NCBI GenBank assembly: GCA_964202965.1
Contig: CAXNKG010000008.1
Span: forward strand, 17,968-81,967
DNA: 64,000 bases
Direction of reading: 5' to 3'
Origin: Vicinamibacterales bacterium
Lineage (GTDB): Bacteria; Acidobacteriota; Vicinamibacteria; Vicinamibacterales; UBA2999
Shown: in pieces, positions 1-9,567 of the stretch
Position numbering within the stretch: position 1 is the stretch's first letter
Layout: every line of letters begins with the position of its first letter
Position numbers and translations under genes: made by a program
Notes under the pieces: model-generated
Told to the model about the DNA's origin: nothing
Databases searched by the model: none
Seen by the model: the letters and a program-made list of their open reading frames with translations, nothing else

Positions 1-372
1 GACCGACGACTCCTCGTGGCAGCAGGTGATGAACTCCGGCATCTTGTTGCCGCCGTAGTTGATGATCGACTCGTGGATCCCGCGGAAGCTCGAGCCGGGA
101 TTCGACGCCACGTACTCGATGTTGAGCGACTTGAGCACGTCGACCATGAAGTCGCCGCCGGATCGGTCCAGGACGAGCGACTCCGGGTCGAGGCCCGGAT
201 CGGTCTCGCGTGCCGGCGTCGGGGCCGCACCCGCACGGGGGCCCTGGGCCGCTGGAGCAGGGGCAGCCGCCGGCGCCTGTGCGGCAATGGCGTCGGGAAC
301 GAGCGCGGCGGCGCCGGTGACGGCGGCGCCTTTCAGGAAGTCCCGACGGTCCACGGATTTCTTCGTCGACAT
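1..372 (-). CDS. Thiamine-pyrophosphate-dependent enzyme with Tat signal (5' part; runs off the window edge)
   Basis: Hand translation from ATG 372 (RBS GAGGAG): MSTKKSVDRRDFLKGAA...SGGDFMVDVLKSLNIEYVASNPGSSFRGIHESIINYGGNKMPEFITCCHEESSV. PGS and HE motifs of the TPP N-terminal (PYR) domain. Not in the ORF track. Confidence 0.8.
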   Translation of the reverse strand, partial: MSTKKSVDRRDFLKGAAVTGAAALVPDAIAAQAPAAAPAPAAQGPRAGAAPTPARETDPGLDPESLVLDRSGGDFMVDVLKSLNIEYVASNPGSSFRGIHESIINYGGNKMPEFITCCHEESSV

Positions 373-429
373 GGCATCTCCTCGCAGTGTGAGTCGCGCC
401 CGGGCAGAAGCCCGCGCGGGCGAAGTTTA

Positions 430-1248
430 CTACCGTTTCAGAAGGTCGCGAAGCACTTCGGCAATGGCGTCCGGCCGCTCGATCGGGGTGAGGTGCCGGG
501 CCTTCGGCAGGACCGCGAGCGTGGACTGCGGAATCGCCTCGTGGAGCTGCCGGGCCATCTCGACGGGGGTGGCGTAGTCCTCCTCGCCGACGACGATCGC
601 GACCGGCATCCGCAGGGTCGGCAGGACCGTCCGGAGGTCGGCGTCGCCGAGGAGGGCGCAGCTCGCGGCGTAGCAGTCGAAATCGTTGGCCACAAAGACG
701 TCACCGACGTTCTTCAGCACGTCCGGGTGCGAGGCGCGGAACTCGTCGGAGAACCAGCGCGTGACCTGAAAATCAATCAGCCCCTGCAGCCCTTTCGCGC
801 GCGCCGCTTCCGCGCGTTCCCGAAACTTGCCCGGGGCGTCGTCGCCGTACCAGGCCGTCGTATCGATCAGGCCGAGCGCCTCGGTGCTGGCGGGGTAGAG
901 TCCGCCAAAAGCGAGCGCGACACAGCCCCCCATCGAACAGCCCGCAATCGCGGCGCGTCCCCACCGGACGTGGTCGAGAAGCTCGGCGAGGTCGCGCGCA
1001 AAGAGCTCCGCCGTGAATGCGGATGCCTTGCGGTCCGACCGGCCATGGCCGCGGCAGTCGACAGTCAGGATCTCCGCATCGTGCCGAAGCGCCAGGACGA
1101 CCGCGTCCCAGACGCTGCGGTCGAGGGCGAGGGAATGAATGAGGACCAGGCGGGGCGCACCCGATCGAGGCGCCGGATGATGCGTGTAGCCGAGCCTGGC
1201 CCCGTCGGCGAGCGTGAACGTGCCGTCATGTTGAGACGAAGCGACCAT
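430..1248 (-). CDS. Alpha/beta hydrolase, 3-oxoadipate enol-lactonase (PcaD)-like
   Basis: HSLALD oxyanion region, DCRGHG, GCSMGG nucleophile elbow, GEED..TP, ARHLTPIE; start taken at MVASSQ. Confidence 0.8.
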   Translation of the reverse strand: MVASSQHDGTFTLADGARLGYTHHPAPRSGAPRLVLIHSLALDRSVWDAVVLALRHDAEILTVDCRGHGRSDRKASAFTAELFARDLAELLDHVRWGRAAIAGCSMGGCVALAFGGLYPASTEALGLIDTTAWYGDDAPGKFRERAEAARAKGLQGLIDFQVTRWFSDEFRASHPDVLKNVGDVFVANDFDCYAASCALLGDADLRTVLPTLRMPVAIVVGEEDYATPVEMARQLHEAIPQSTLAVLPKARHLTPIERPDAIAEVLRDLLKR

Positions 1249-1274
1249 GAGCGTAGAGTATGCCGGGAGGCGAA

Positions 1275-2840
1275 ATGAGTCGATTGATTGCAGGTGCGGC
1301 GTTACTTCTCCTGATCGCAGCGCCGATGCCCGCTGCGGCGCAGGCCTCATGTGAGGCGCTGGCCGGTCTGGCGCTTCCCGACGCGAAGGCGCTGTCGGCC
1401 CAGGCGGTCGCACCAGGCGCGTTCACGCCTCCGCAGGCCGGTGCCGGCCGCGGCGGTCGCGGCGGACCAGGAGGCGCAGCGGCGGTCAATCCCTACGCGA
1501 AGCTGCCGGAGTTCTGCCGCGTCGCGGCGCAACTCGCGCCCAGCAGCGATTCCGACATCCGCATCGAAGTGTGGCTGCCGGTCACGGGATGGAACGGCAA
1601 GTTCCAGGCGGTCGGCAACGGCGGCTTCGCCGGGACGATCGGATACCCCGCCATGGCACAGGCGCTCGCGGCGGGTTACGCGACGGCAAGCACCGACACC
1701 GGTCACGTCGGCAACAACGCCGATTTCGCGCTCGGCCATCCGGAGAAGATGGTCGATTTCAGCCACCGCGCGATCCACGAGATGGCGGTGAAGGCGAAGG
1801 CGGTCATCCAGGCGACCTATGGCACGGCGCCGCGTCTCTCGTACTTCAATGGCTGCTCCCAGGGCGGCCGCCAGGGAATCACCGCCGCGCAGCGCTATCC
1901 CGCGGACTTTGACGGCATCATCGCCGGCGCGCCCGCCTGGGGCGGCATGCGTCTCTACGCCGGCCGCATGACGCTCAATCACATGGTGAACACGTCGCCG
2001 GACGCGGTGATCGCGCCGGAGAAATATCCGGTGATCCACAAGGCGGTGATGAACGCCTGCGACGCGCGCGACGGCGTTACCGACGGCGTCATCGAGAATC
2101 CGACCGCGTGCCGTTTCGATCCGCAGGTGCTGGCGTGCAAGGGTGAGGACACGTCCGGCTGCCTGACGCCAGGGCAGATCGCCTCCGCCCGCGCGATGCT
2201 GTCGCCCATTACGCATCCGGTCACGGGCCAGACGGTCTACGACGGACATCTCTGGCCGGGAGCCGAGCTCGAATGGGACGTCCTCGGTGGGCCGCAGCCG
2301 AACGGCAACGTCGTCACCGCGATCCGGAACCTCGTCATGAAGGACACGAAGTGGGATCCGAAGATGTTCAACCCGGCGACCGACATCGACAAGGCGATGC
2401 AGTCCGAGGGGCATGAGTGGCTGCTCTCAGGCGATGCGAACCTGAAGCCGTTCTTCGATCGCGGCGGGAAGCTGGTCATGTACCACGGGTGGGCGGATCC
2501 GCAGGTGCCGCCGCATACGGCCATGACCTACTACAACAACGTCCTCAAGACGGTCGGTCAGCCGGCGGCCAACTCGATGACGCTCTTCATGGTGCCTGGC
2601 ATGCTGCACTGCAACGGCGGAACGGGGACCGACACGTTCGACAAGGTGGGGACGCTCGAAGCCTGGGTCGAACGCGGCCAGAAGCCCACGCGCATCGTCG
2701 CAGCGCATCTCACCGATGGCAAGGTGGATAAGACCCGTCCGCTCTGCCCGTTCGGCCAGGTCGCGAAGTGGAACGGCACGGGCGACACGAACGACGCAGC
2801 GAACTTCTCGTGCGTTGCGGAGTCGATGGAGGTTAAGTAG
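1275..2840 (+). CDS. Secreted tannase/feruloyl esterase family hydrolase
   Basis: Signal peptide; WNGKFQAVGNGG, GCSQGGRQ, YHGWAD, PGMLHC, TRPLCPF (CS-D-HC motif). Confidence 0.92.
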   Translation: MSRLIAGAALLLLIAAPMPAAAQASCEALAGLALPDAKALSAQAVAPGAFTPPQAGAGRGGRGGPGGAAAVNPYAKLPEFCRVAAQLAPSSDSDIRIEVWLPVTGWNGKFQAVGNGGFAGTIGYPAMAQALAAGYATASTDTGHVGNNADFALGHPEKMVDFSHRAIHEMAVKAKAVIQATYGTAPRLSYFNGCSQGGRQGITAAQRYPADFDGIIAGAPAWGGMRLYAGRMTLNHMVNTSPDAVIAPEKYPVIHKAVMNACDARDGVTDGVIENPTACRFDPQVLACKGEDTSGCLTPGQIASARAMLSPITHPVTGQTVYDGHLWPGAELEWDVLGGPQPNGNVVTAIRNLVMKDTKWDPKMFNPATDIDKAMQSEGHEWLLSGDANLKPFFDRGGKLVMYHGWADPQVPPHTAMTYYNNVLKTVGQPAANSMTLFMVPGMLHCNGGTGTDTFDKVGTLEAWVERGQKPTRIVAAHLTDGKVDKTRPLCPFGQVAKWNGTGDTNDAANFSCVAESMEVK

Positions 2841-2943
2841 GGTTCCTGAAGTTCCTGAAGTTCCTAGGGTTCCTGGGGTTCTGAGGTGCGGAACTTTAGG
2901 AACCCCTAGGAACCCCAGGAACCCCTAGGAACCCCAGGAACTT
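2841..2943. repeat. 9-bp-unit inverted array (GTTCCT-core units, then AGGAACCCC units) forming a hairpin between convergent genes
   Basis: ggttcctgaagttcctgaagttcctagggttcctggggtt ... aggaacccctaggaaccccaggaacccctaggaaccccaggaac; followed by a C10 run. Confidence 0.9.
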
Positions 2944-2954
2944 TACCCCCCCCC

Positions 2955-4313
2955 CTACGTCGCGATTTCTTCCAGGCGACGATTCCTCGTCTCGACCATC
3001 CACGCGGCGGCCAGCGCTCCAATGACGCCGGCCGCCGCGAACATCAGGAAGACCGCGCCGGTTCCGCGCGCGGCCACGAGATACCCCACGAGCAGCGGCG
3101 CCGCCGCCGAGGCCAGTCGCAGCCAGCAGGTCGCGGCCCCCGTCGCAATCGCGCGCATCCGGGTTGGATAGATTTCCGGCGTGTAGAGATACAGCACCGC
3201 GTTGGCTGACCCCACAATCCCGTAACTGATCGTCACGAGCGCAATCACCGCGCCCACCGACCCGGACGCGAATGTTCCCAGTCCCGCCAGGAGCAGCGCG
3301 CCGGCCACGAAGCAGACGGCCATCCACCGGCGGCGGCCAACCCGGTCGATCACGAACGCGCACACCAGCAGCAGGGCGACCTGCGCGATGTTGGTCAGCG
3401 TGCCCGCGCGCAGGGCGTCCGGGATGCTGAGCCCGTAGACGCGGTTGTACAGGGTGGGCATCCAGTTGTTGAGTCCGTTGGTGATGAAGTACGCGCAGGC
3501 CCAGAGCACCCAGACGGCTAACGTCCGCGCGCGATACGCCGGGGAGAGCAGCTCGAGCCAGCGGGTCTTCGAGGCGGCAGGCTGGTCCTGCGCGCTGCTC
3601 GCGGCGCCAGCGGGCGCCGGCTCTTTCCCCGCGTCAATGTCCGCGGCGCGCTCCATCTCCTCGATGATCGCCTCCGCCTCACCCAGCCGTCCCCGGTTGA
3701 TCAGCCATCGCGGTGATTCGCGCAGCCGGAGCAGCAGGCCCGCGATGACGAGGCCCGGGATGCCGCCGATGAGGAACATCGACTGCCATCCGAGCACCGG
3801 TACGACCAGCGCGCCGATCTGGCCGGTCATCATCAGGCCGATTGGAAAAATCATCTCGTAGAGCAGGAAGAACTTCCCGCGGCCGCGTGCCTTCGACAGC
3901 TCGTTGATGTAGACCGCGGCCACCGGCATCTCGCCGCCGACGCCGATGCCCTGAACCAGCCGGAGCACGATGAGCGCGGGAAAGCTGCCGGCCAGCACGC
4001 ACGCGATGCTCATGACCGACATCAGCGCCGTGGCGCCGACCACGCCGCGGATGCGCCCGTACCGCTCGGCGAGCGCGCCGAAGATCAGCGCGCCGGCAAA
4101 CTGGCCGAGATAACCGGCCGCAATCAGCCACCCGATCTGGACCGGCGTGATGCCCCAGAGCGGCACCAGTACCGGCAGCACGAACGCCAGCGACAGCGCG
4201 TCGAAGGCGTCGAAGAACGTGGCGCTGCCCATGATGAGACGGGCGCGCAGATGCCACCCCGTAAACGGGATGCGCTCAAGCCTGGCGAGGAGGGAATCAG
4301 AGACGACAGGCAA
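2955..4313 (-). CDS. MFS transporter (aromatic acid/sugar porter-like)
   Basis: FFDAFD, GALAERYGR, GIGVGGE, ESPRWL, PEIYPTRMR motifs; start uncertain (TTG 4313 chosen). Confidence 0.85.
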   Translation of the reverse strand: MPVVSDSLLARLERIPFTGWHLRARLIMGSATFFDAFDALSLAFVLPVLVPLWGITPVQIGWLIAAGYLGQFAGALIFGALAERYGRIRGVVGATALMSVMSIACVLAGSFPALIVLRLVQGIGVGGEMPVAAVYINELSKARGRGKFFLLYEMIFPIGLMMTGQIGALVVPVLGWQSMFLIGGIPGLVIAGLLLRLRESPRWLINRGRLGEAEAIIEEMERAADIDAGKEPAPAGAASSAQDQPAASKTRWLELLSPAYRARTLAVWVLWACAYFITNGLNNWMPTLYNRVYGLSIPDALRAGTLTNIAQVALLLVCAFVIDRVGRRRWMAVCFVAGALLLAGLGTFASGSVGAVIALVTISYGIVGSANAVLYLYTPEIYPTRMRAIATGAATCWLRLASAAAPLLVGYLVAARGTGAVFLMFAAAGVIGALAAAWMVETRNRRLEEIAT

Positions 4314-4355
4314 GGGGTCAGACCCCGGTGACGGGTCGTTCCGGGGTCTGACCCC
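4314..4355. repeat. REP-like palindrome pair GGGGTCAGACCCC / GGGGTCTGACCCC
   Basis: Two 13-bp palindromes at 4314-4326 and 4343-4355. Confidence 0.8.
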
Positions 4356-5499
4356 GGTGATGGGGCGACTCAAGGTTGACGGTCCACGCGTCGTAGCCGT
4401 ACAGCCACGAGGTGTCGTCGCTGCCGCCCTTCATCCAGGTGTTGGCGCTCGAAATCGCCTGGATGCGAGCGGTCCGTGGCTTCCGGTGCGCTTCGTAGCC
4501 CGCGAACGCTGCCCGATGGTCGTCGCCCTCCACGTCGGCGAGACACCGTGTCAGCACGGCGGCGTCCTCCATCGCGGTGGCCGCACCCTGCGCCATGTAC
4601 GGCGTCATCGGATGACACGCATCGCCCAGCAGGACGACCCGCCCCTGGCTCCATGACGGCAGCGGCTCGCGCTCGAGGATCGCCCATTTATGGCAGCTCG
4701 GGCAGCCTTCGACGACCGCGCGTACGTCCGGATGAAAGCCTTCATAGGCCGCGCGCAGTTCTTCGACGTCGCCGGTCGTGGACCACGACTCGCGCGTGAG
4801 CCATTCAGACGGCTCGGGCACGCTCGTGATCAAGTAGATCTCGCTGCGGTCCGGTTTGGTGTAGTAGATGACGATATGGCGGTCGACGCCCCACCACTTG
4901 GTGCGGGAGGGACCGACGTCGACACCGCCCATCAGTGCGGACGGAAAAATCGCGCGATAGGCGATGCGCCCCTTATGAATCGGTTCGTCCGGTCCCACGA
5001 TCAGGCCGCGGACGATCGAGTGGACGCCATCCGCGCCAATCACCAGATCCGCCTGCGCCGTCGTCCCATCGTCAAAGGACATCGTGACGTGCGACGGGCT
5101 CTCGTCCAGGCCGACCAGCTTCCTGTGCAGGGCGATGGTGTCGGACTGGACGCCGGCGAGCAGCGCTTCGTGCAGATCCCCGCGGTGCATGCAGAGGTAC
5201 GGCGCGCCGAAGAGCTCCTCCGGCATCGGCAGCTCTCGAAGCACCTCGCCCGTATCCCACACGCGGTTCAGGTGCGAGTACGGCTGAAATGCGATGTGCC
5301 GCACGCGCGCCTCGATGCCGATCTTTCTGAGGACCTTCATCGAGTTCGGCATCATCTGGATGCCGGCGCCCACGCGCGCGAACCGGCCGGCCTGTTCGTA
5401 GATCCGTACATCGAACCCGACCTGGCGCAGCGTGGCAGCAACAGTGAGTCCGCCGAGCCCGGCGCCCACGATCGCAATCAACGGTTTCCGCCGGGACAT
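4318..5499 (-). CDS. FAD-dependent monooxygenase (6-hydroxynicotinate 3-monooxygenase/salicylate hydroxylase-like)
   Basis: GAGLGG FAD motif, VGAGIQ, HRGDLH, GADG, LLGDACHPMTPYMAQGA; start MSRRKP. Confidence 0.88.
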   Translation of the reverse strand: MSRRKPLIAIVGAGLGGLTVAATLRQVGFDVRIYEQAGRFARVGAGIQMMPNSMKVLRKIGIEARVRHIAFQPYSHLNRVWDTGEVLRELPMPEELFGAPYLCMHRGDLHEALLAGVQSDTIALHRKLVGLDESPSHVTMSFDDGTTAQADLVIGADGVHSIVRGLIVGPDEPIHKGRIAYRAIFPSALMGGVDVGPSRTKWWGVDRHIVIYYTKPDRSEIYLITSVPEPSEWLTRESWSTTGDVEELRAAYEGFHPDVRAVVEGCPSCHKWAILEREPLPSWSQGRVVLLGDACHPMTPYMAQGAATAMEDAAVLTRCLADVEGDDHRAAFAGYEAHRKPRTARIQAISSANTWMKGGSDDTSWLYGYDAWTVNLESPHHRGQTPERPVTGV

Positions 5500-5535
5500 T
5501 GCTGGCATGATACTTTTTACGAAGTGGGGGTGCAG

Positions 5536-6108
5536 GTGGATTCGGAGCTCGGCGCGCTGATTGCGCGGCTGGACGCCGCCGTGGGCGATGTCGATCCCGA
5601 CGCGATCGTCCACCGGGTGAAGGCCGCACTGCAGGCGGCGCTTCGCGCCGGCGAGCTCGAGCTTCCCGCGCGCTTTCGCCGCACGCGTCCGGATGCGTAC
5701 GCGCGGCGCCTGCTCCATCGCGATCCCGAAGGGCGCTACACGGCGGTCGTGATGACCTGGGGCCCGGGCCAGGGCACGTCGCTTCACGATCATTCCGGCC
5801 TCTGGTGCGTCGATTGCGTCGTCGAGGGCGAGATCGCTGTCACCCAGTACGACCTGTCGTCCGGCGCCGGCGAGGGTGAGGGCGGCGTGTATGCCTTTGC
5901 GCCGCAAACGCACGTGACCGCGTCGCGCGGCGAGGCTGGCTGCCTCATTCCGCCCTTCGAGTACCACACCCTCAGGAACGCCAGCGCGGACCGGACATCC
6001 GTCACGCTGCACGTCTACGGCGGCGAGATGTCCCAGTGCCACGTGTTCGAGCCGGCGGGCGACGCCACGTATCGGCGCGTTACCCGCGACCTGTCCTACG
6101 ACGAGTGA
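5536..6108 (+). CDS. Cysteine dioxygenase family cupin
   Basis: YARRLL, WGPGQGTSLHDH, YHTLRNA, SVTLHVYG (3-His triad); GTG start approximate. Confidence 0.82.
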   Translation: MDSELGALIARLDAAVGDVDPDAIVHRVKAALQAALRAGELELPARFRRTRPDAYARRLLHRDPEGRYTAVVMTWGPGQGTSLHDHSGLWCVDCVVEGEIAVTQYDLSSGAGEGEGGVYAFAPQTHVTASRGEAGCLIPPFEYHTLRNASADRTSVTLHVYGGEMSQCHVFEPAGDATYRRVTRDLSYDE

Positions 6109-6112
6109 TCCG

Positions 6113-8377
6113 TTGACGTCCCTGCAGGGTTTCCGAGCCTTCGTCCTCCTCGTCTGTCTGTCGTTCACCGCCTCCGCTGCAGCTGCCCAGGATCTGCCGT
6201 TTGCGATCGAGGGCCCGCAGGCGCCTCCGCCGCCGGGGGTCGTCGCCCGCGACGCCGAAGGCCGGACGACCATCAGGGCCACCCGCCTGGCCGCGCCGCT
6301 GCGGCTCGACGGCGCGCTGGACGAGGCGATCTACCGGGACGTGCCCGCGGTCGGAGGATTCGTCCAGGTCGAGCCACGGGCGGGCGAGCCGGCGACCGAG
6401 CAGACCGAGATCTGGCTGTCCTTTGACGACGAGCACTTCTACATCACGCTGCGCTGCTGGGACAGCGCCCCCGAGCGGCGCGTGTCAACTGAAATGCGCC
6501 GCGACGTCACGAACTACATCAACGGCAACGACATCGTGAACATCTTCATCGATCCGTTCTACGACCGCCGGAACGGGCTCTCGTTTACGCTGAATGCGAT
6601 CGGCTCGCGCAACGACGGCCAGCAGATTGGCAACCAGTACAACTCGGACTGGAACCCAATCTGGGATCACGCGACGGGTGAGTTCGATGGCGGATGGACG
6701 ATCGAGATGGCGCTGCCGTTCCGGTCGCTCCGATACCGGCCCGGCCGCGTGCAGATCTGGGGCCTGAACGTCCTGCGGGTCATCCGGTGGAAGAACGAGA
6801 TGTCCCTCCTGTCGCCCGTGCCGCCCGGCCGTGGGCTCAACAGCGCCCAATACTCGCCGCTCACCGCGACCGTCGTCGGGATCGAGGCGCCGGCGACGTC
6901 GCGCAACCTCGACATCAAGCCGTTCGCCGTATCGTCGTCGACGACGAACCGGGCGGCGGGCGTGTCGAATGACATCGACGGCGATGCCGGTCTCGACGTC
7001 AAGTACGCCTTCACGCAGAACCTGGTTGCCGATCTGACCTACAACACCGACTTCGCGCAGGTCGAGGCTGATGAACAGCAGGTGAACCTGACGCGGTTCA
7101 GCCTGTTCTTCCCGGAGAAGCGCGAGTTCTTCCTGGAGAACCGCGATACGTTCGCGTTCGGCGGTGTTGGCGGCGGCGGGTTCGGCGGCGGAGGCGACGC
7201 GCCGGTGCTCTTCTACAGCCGGCGTATCGGGCTCGACAGCGGTCTGCCCGTTCCGATCGAAGCGGGCGGCAGGGTGACCGGCCGGATCGGCGCATTCAAC
7301 GTGGGCATCCTGAACATCCAGACCGACGACGTGCCGGCATCCGGTAGGCGCGGGACGAATTTCTCGGTCGTGCGGCTCAAGCGCGACATTCTGCGGCAGA
7401 GCAGCGTCGGTGCCATGGCGACACGGCGCACGATCAGCACAGCCGCCCCCGGCGACAACCTGTCGTACGGCGTGGACGGCACGTTCAACTTCTTCAACGA
7501 TCTCGCCATCAACACCTACTGGGCCCGCACGCAGACCGGCGGGCGGCGCGGTGACGACGTCAGCTATCGCGCGCAGTTCGACTTGCGCGGGGACCGGTAT
7601 GGCGCGCAGCTCGAACGGATGCTCGTCGGGCGGAACTTCAATCCGGAGATGGGGTTCGTGCGCCGGGCGGACACGCGGCGGACGCTCGCCGAATTCCGAT
7701 TCAGCCCGCGCCCGCGTGCGATGCCGTCGGTCCGCCGGTTCTGGTGGCTCGGGTCCCTCGATTATTTCGAGACGGCCGCCGGGCAGATCGAATCACGCGA
7801 GCAGACGGGGGAGTTCGCGATCGAGTTCTCGAACGCGAATCGATTCAGTCTGACGCTCACCGACGTGTACGAGTTCGTCCCGCGCCCCTTCCGAATCGGC
7901 GGCGGCGTGACACTGCCGGTCGCCGGCTACGGCTGGCAGAACGCGCGGGTCGGCTACAACGTCAGCCCGCAGCGGCGCATGGCGGCCAACCTGGCGGTGG
8001 AGTACGGCACCTTCTACAGCGGCCACCGCACCGCGTTCTCGGCGAGCCGCGGGCGAGTGGCCTTCGGGCCGCACTTCGCCGCGGAACCGAATTACTCGTT
8101 GAACCGCATCGACCTCGCGCAAGGCGAGTTCACCACGCATCTCGTCGGGTCGAGGTTCATTGCGACGATGACGCCGCGGATGTTCGTGAGCGCGCTGGTC
8201 CAGTACAACACCAGCATCAACTCCGCTTCGGCCAACGTCAGGCTGCGGTGGGAATATCAGCCCGGCAGCGAGCTGTTCGTCGTCTATAACGACGATCGGA
8301 ATACGCGCCTCAGCGGGTTTCCCCAGCTCACGACGCGCTCGTTCATCGTGAAGGTAAACCGGCTGCTCCGGTTCTAG
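6113..8377 (+). CDS. CBM9-like + DUF5916 outer-membrane/secreted protein
   Basis: Signal peptide; LDGALDE, WTIEMALPFRSLRY, NTDFAQVEAD...NLTRFSLFFPEKREFFLE, FYSRRIG; C-terminal Phe. Confidence 0.85.
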   Translation: MTSLQGFRAFVLLVCLSFTASAAAAQDLPFAIEGPQAPPPPGVVARDAEGRTTIRATRLAAPLRLDGALDEAIYRDVPAVGGFVQVEPRAGEPATEQTEIWLSFDDEHFYITLRCWDSAPERRVSTEMRRDVTNYINGNDIVNIFIDPFYDRRNGLSFTLNAIGSRNDGQQIGNQYNSDWNPIWDHATGEFDGGWTIEMALPFRSLRYRPGRVQIWGLNVLRVIRWKNEMSLLSPVPPGRGLNSAQYSPLTATVVGIEAPATSRNLDIKPFAVSSSTTNRAAGVSNDIDGDAGLDVKYAFTQNLVADLTYNTDFAQVEADEQQVNLTRFSLFFPEKREFFLENRDTFAFGGVGGGGFGGGGDAPVLFYSRRIGLDSGLPVPIEAGGRVTGRIGAFNVGILNIQTDDVPASGRRGTNFSVVRLKRDILRQSSVGAMATRRTISTAAPGDNLSYGVDGTFNFFNDLAINTYWARTQTGGRRGDDVSYRAQFDLRGDRYGAQLERMLVGRNFNPEMGFVRRADTRRTLAEFRFSPRPRAMPSVRRFWWLGSLDYFETAAGQIESREQTGEFAIEFSNANRFSLTLTDVYEFVPRPFRIGGGVTLPVAGYGWQNARVGYNVSPQRRMAANLAVEYGTFYSGHRTAFSASRGRVAFGPHFAAEPNYSLNRIDLAQGEFTTHLVGSRFIATMTPRMFVSALVQYNTSINSASANVRLRWEYQPGSELFVVYNDDRNTRLSGFPQLTTRSFIVKVNRLLRF

Positions 8378-8721
8378 CTGCCCAGACCGAAGAAGAGCTC
8401 GATCCCCTGGTCGATGCTCGCGAGTTCCGAACGCGAGACTTGCCCAAACATCCGGCGGATTCGGCGCTTGTCGATTGATCGAATGTGATCGACTAGAGCA
8501 AACGACGGCTTCGCGAGCCCGCTGCTTCCCGGTGCGAGAGCCGGATACAGCGCACCGACGCCGGCCGTTCCGGTCACAGGCACAACGGCGATGAGAGGGA
8601 ACCGCTGGTCAGCATTCACGGCGGGATCACTCACAGCAACGCAGGGTCTCACGCCTCGTTGCTCGTGGCCTACCGTTGGATCTAGTTCGACCAGAACGAC
8701 CGTGCCCCGTTCGACCGTCAC
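8374..8721 (-). CDS. PemK/MazF family toxin
   Basis: RGTVVLVELDPTVGHEQRGVRPCVAVS, DHIRSIDKRR. Confidence 0.9.
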   Translation of the reverse strand: MTVERGTVVLVELDPTVGHEQRGVRPCVAVSDPAVNADQRFPLIAVVPVTGTAGVGALYPALAPGSSGLAKPSFALVDHIRSIDKRRIRRMFGQVSRSELASIDQGIELFFGLGS

Positions 8722-9020
8722 GCGGGTTCCTTGACCCAGCCCTCTCCTTCGACCCAGCGAACGGCCGTGCCGCCGGACGGATCCAGGAGCCCTTCATCGT
8801 CTGGCAACTCAGAGGTCCAATCAGCCAATCCGACGTCAACCGACTGGGTCGTTTCCGGATGAGGGCTTCGCAGCGACTCCAGGAGCGCAGCGCGACGTCG
8901 ACGGGTGACCTCATGCTGCACGGCTTCAGCGATGAAGCGGCTTCGGTTCCGCTCAAGCTGGTCCACTTCCTCAAGGAGATCCGCAGGCAGCGTTATGGTG
9001 ACTCGTCCGGTAGCTGGCAT
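8718..9020 (-). CDS. Ribbon-helix-helix antitoxin
   Basis: RVTITLPADLLEEVD...NRSRFIAEAV; GTGA overlap with the toxin start. Confidence 0.8.
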   Translation of the reverse strand: MPATGRVTITLPADLLEEVDQLERNRSRFIAEAVQHEVTRRRRAALLESLRSPHPETTQSVDVGLADWTSELPDDEGLLDPSGGTAVRWVEGEGWVKEPA

Positions 9021-9026
9021 AACGAT

Positions 9027-9060
9027 AGTATGACGTAAAGTATGATCATACTCAAGTATG
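9027..9060. promoter_or_regulatory. Probable TA autoregulatory operator
   Basis: Perfect palindrome AGTATGATCATACT (9039-9052) plus AGTATG repeats at 9027 and 9055, just upstream of the antitoxin. Confidence 0.65.
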
Positions 9061-9129
9061 TATGCCACATTCTCAACACGTCCGCCGAACAAGGTCGACT
9101 TTCGAGGACGCTCGACGGATGGATGTTGG

Positions 9130-9528
9130 TTAGTCGACGGTTTCGCCGGCCTTATCGCCCCACGAGAATCCATCGGCCGCGCGCTTCAGTGTGAGCATGC
9201 GGATGCGGCGATCGGCCGGGTTCCGCCCGGGATTGCCCAGAATCCAGACGACATCGCCGACTTTGAGGGTGTCGCGGCTGATGCCCTGGCCGCCGAGCTG
9301 GCCGGCGGCGCCCCATTCAATCGACCACCGCTGCTCCCGGCCGTTCGCGTCGGGTGCCATCACGTGTACGAAGGAGTGGGGGTTCCGGAACTGGAACTGA
9401 ATCAGCTTCCCCTCGACGGTGACCATCTTGCTCTCGTCGTAGGTGGCCGCGAACGAGTGGTGGGCGTGTGTGCCGGCGGTGGCAGCGGCGACGGTGAGGG
9501 CGAGCGCGATGGCGAACCTGGCGTGCAT
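9130..9528 (-). CDS. DUF6152 family secreted protein
   Basis: Signal peptide ending A-HHSFAATYD, FRNPHS, WSIEW. Confidence 0.8.
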   Translation of the reverse strand: MHARFAIALALTVAAATAGTHAHHSFAATYDESKMVTVEGKLIQFQFRNPHSFVHVMAPDANGREQRWSIEWGAAGQLGGQGISRDTLKVGDVVWILGNPGRNPADRRIRMLTLKRAADGFSWGDKAGETVD

Positions 9529-9567
9529 TCCTGCCTCCGGACCATTTGCAGGATAATCCCACTTCTG

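Noticed and set aside
5500-6282. N-terminal extensions in the ORF track (654-aa monooxygenase, 570-aa amidohydrolase, 538-aa thiolase, 682-aa carboxylase)
   Set aside because: They overlap neighbouring real genes; family motifs begin at the downstream starts.
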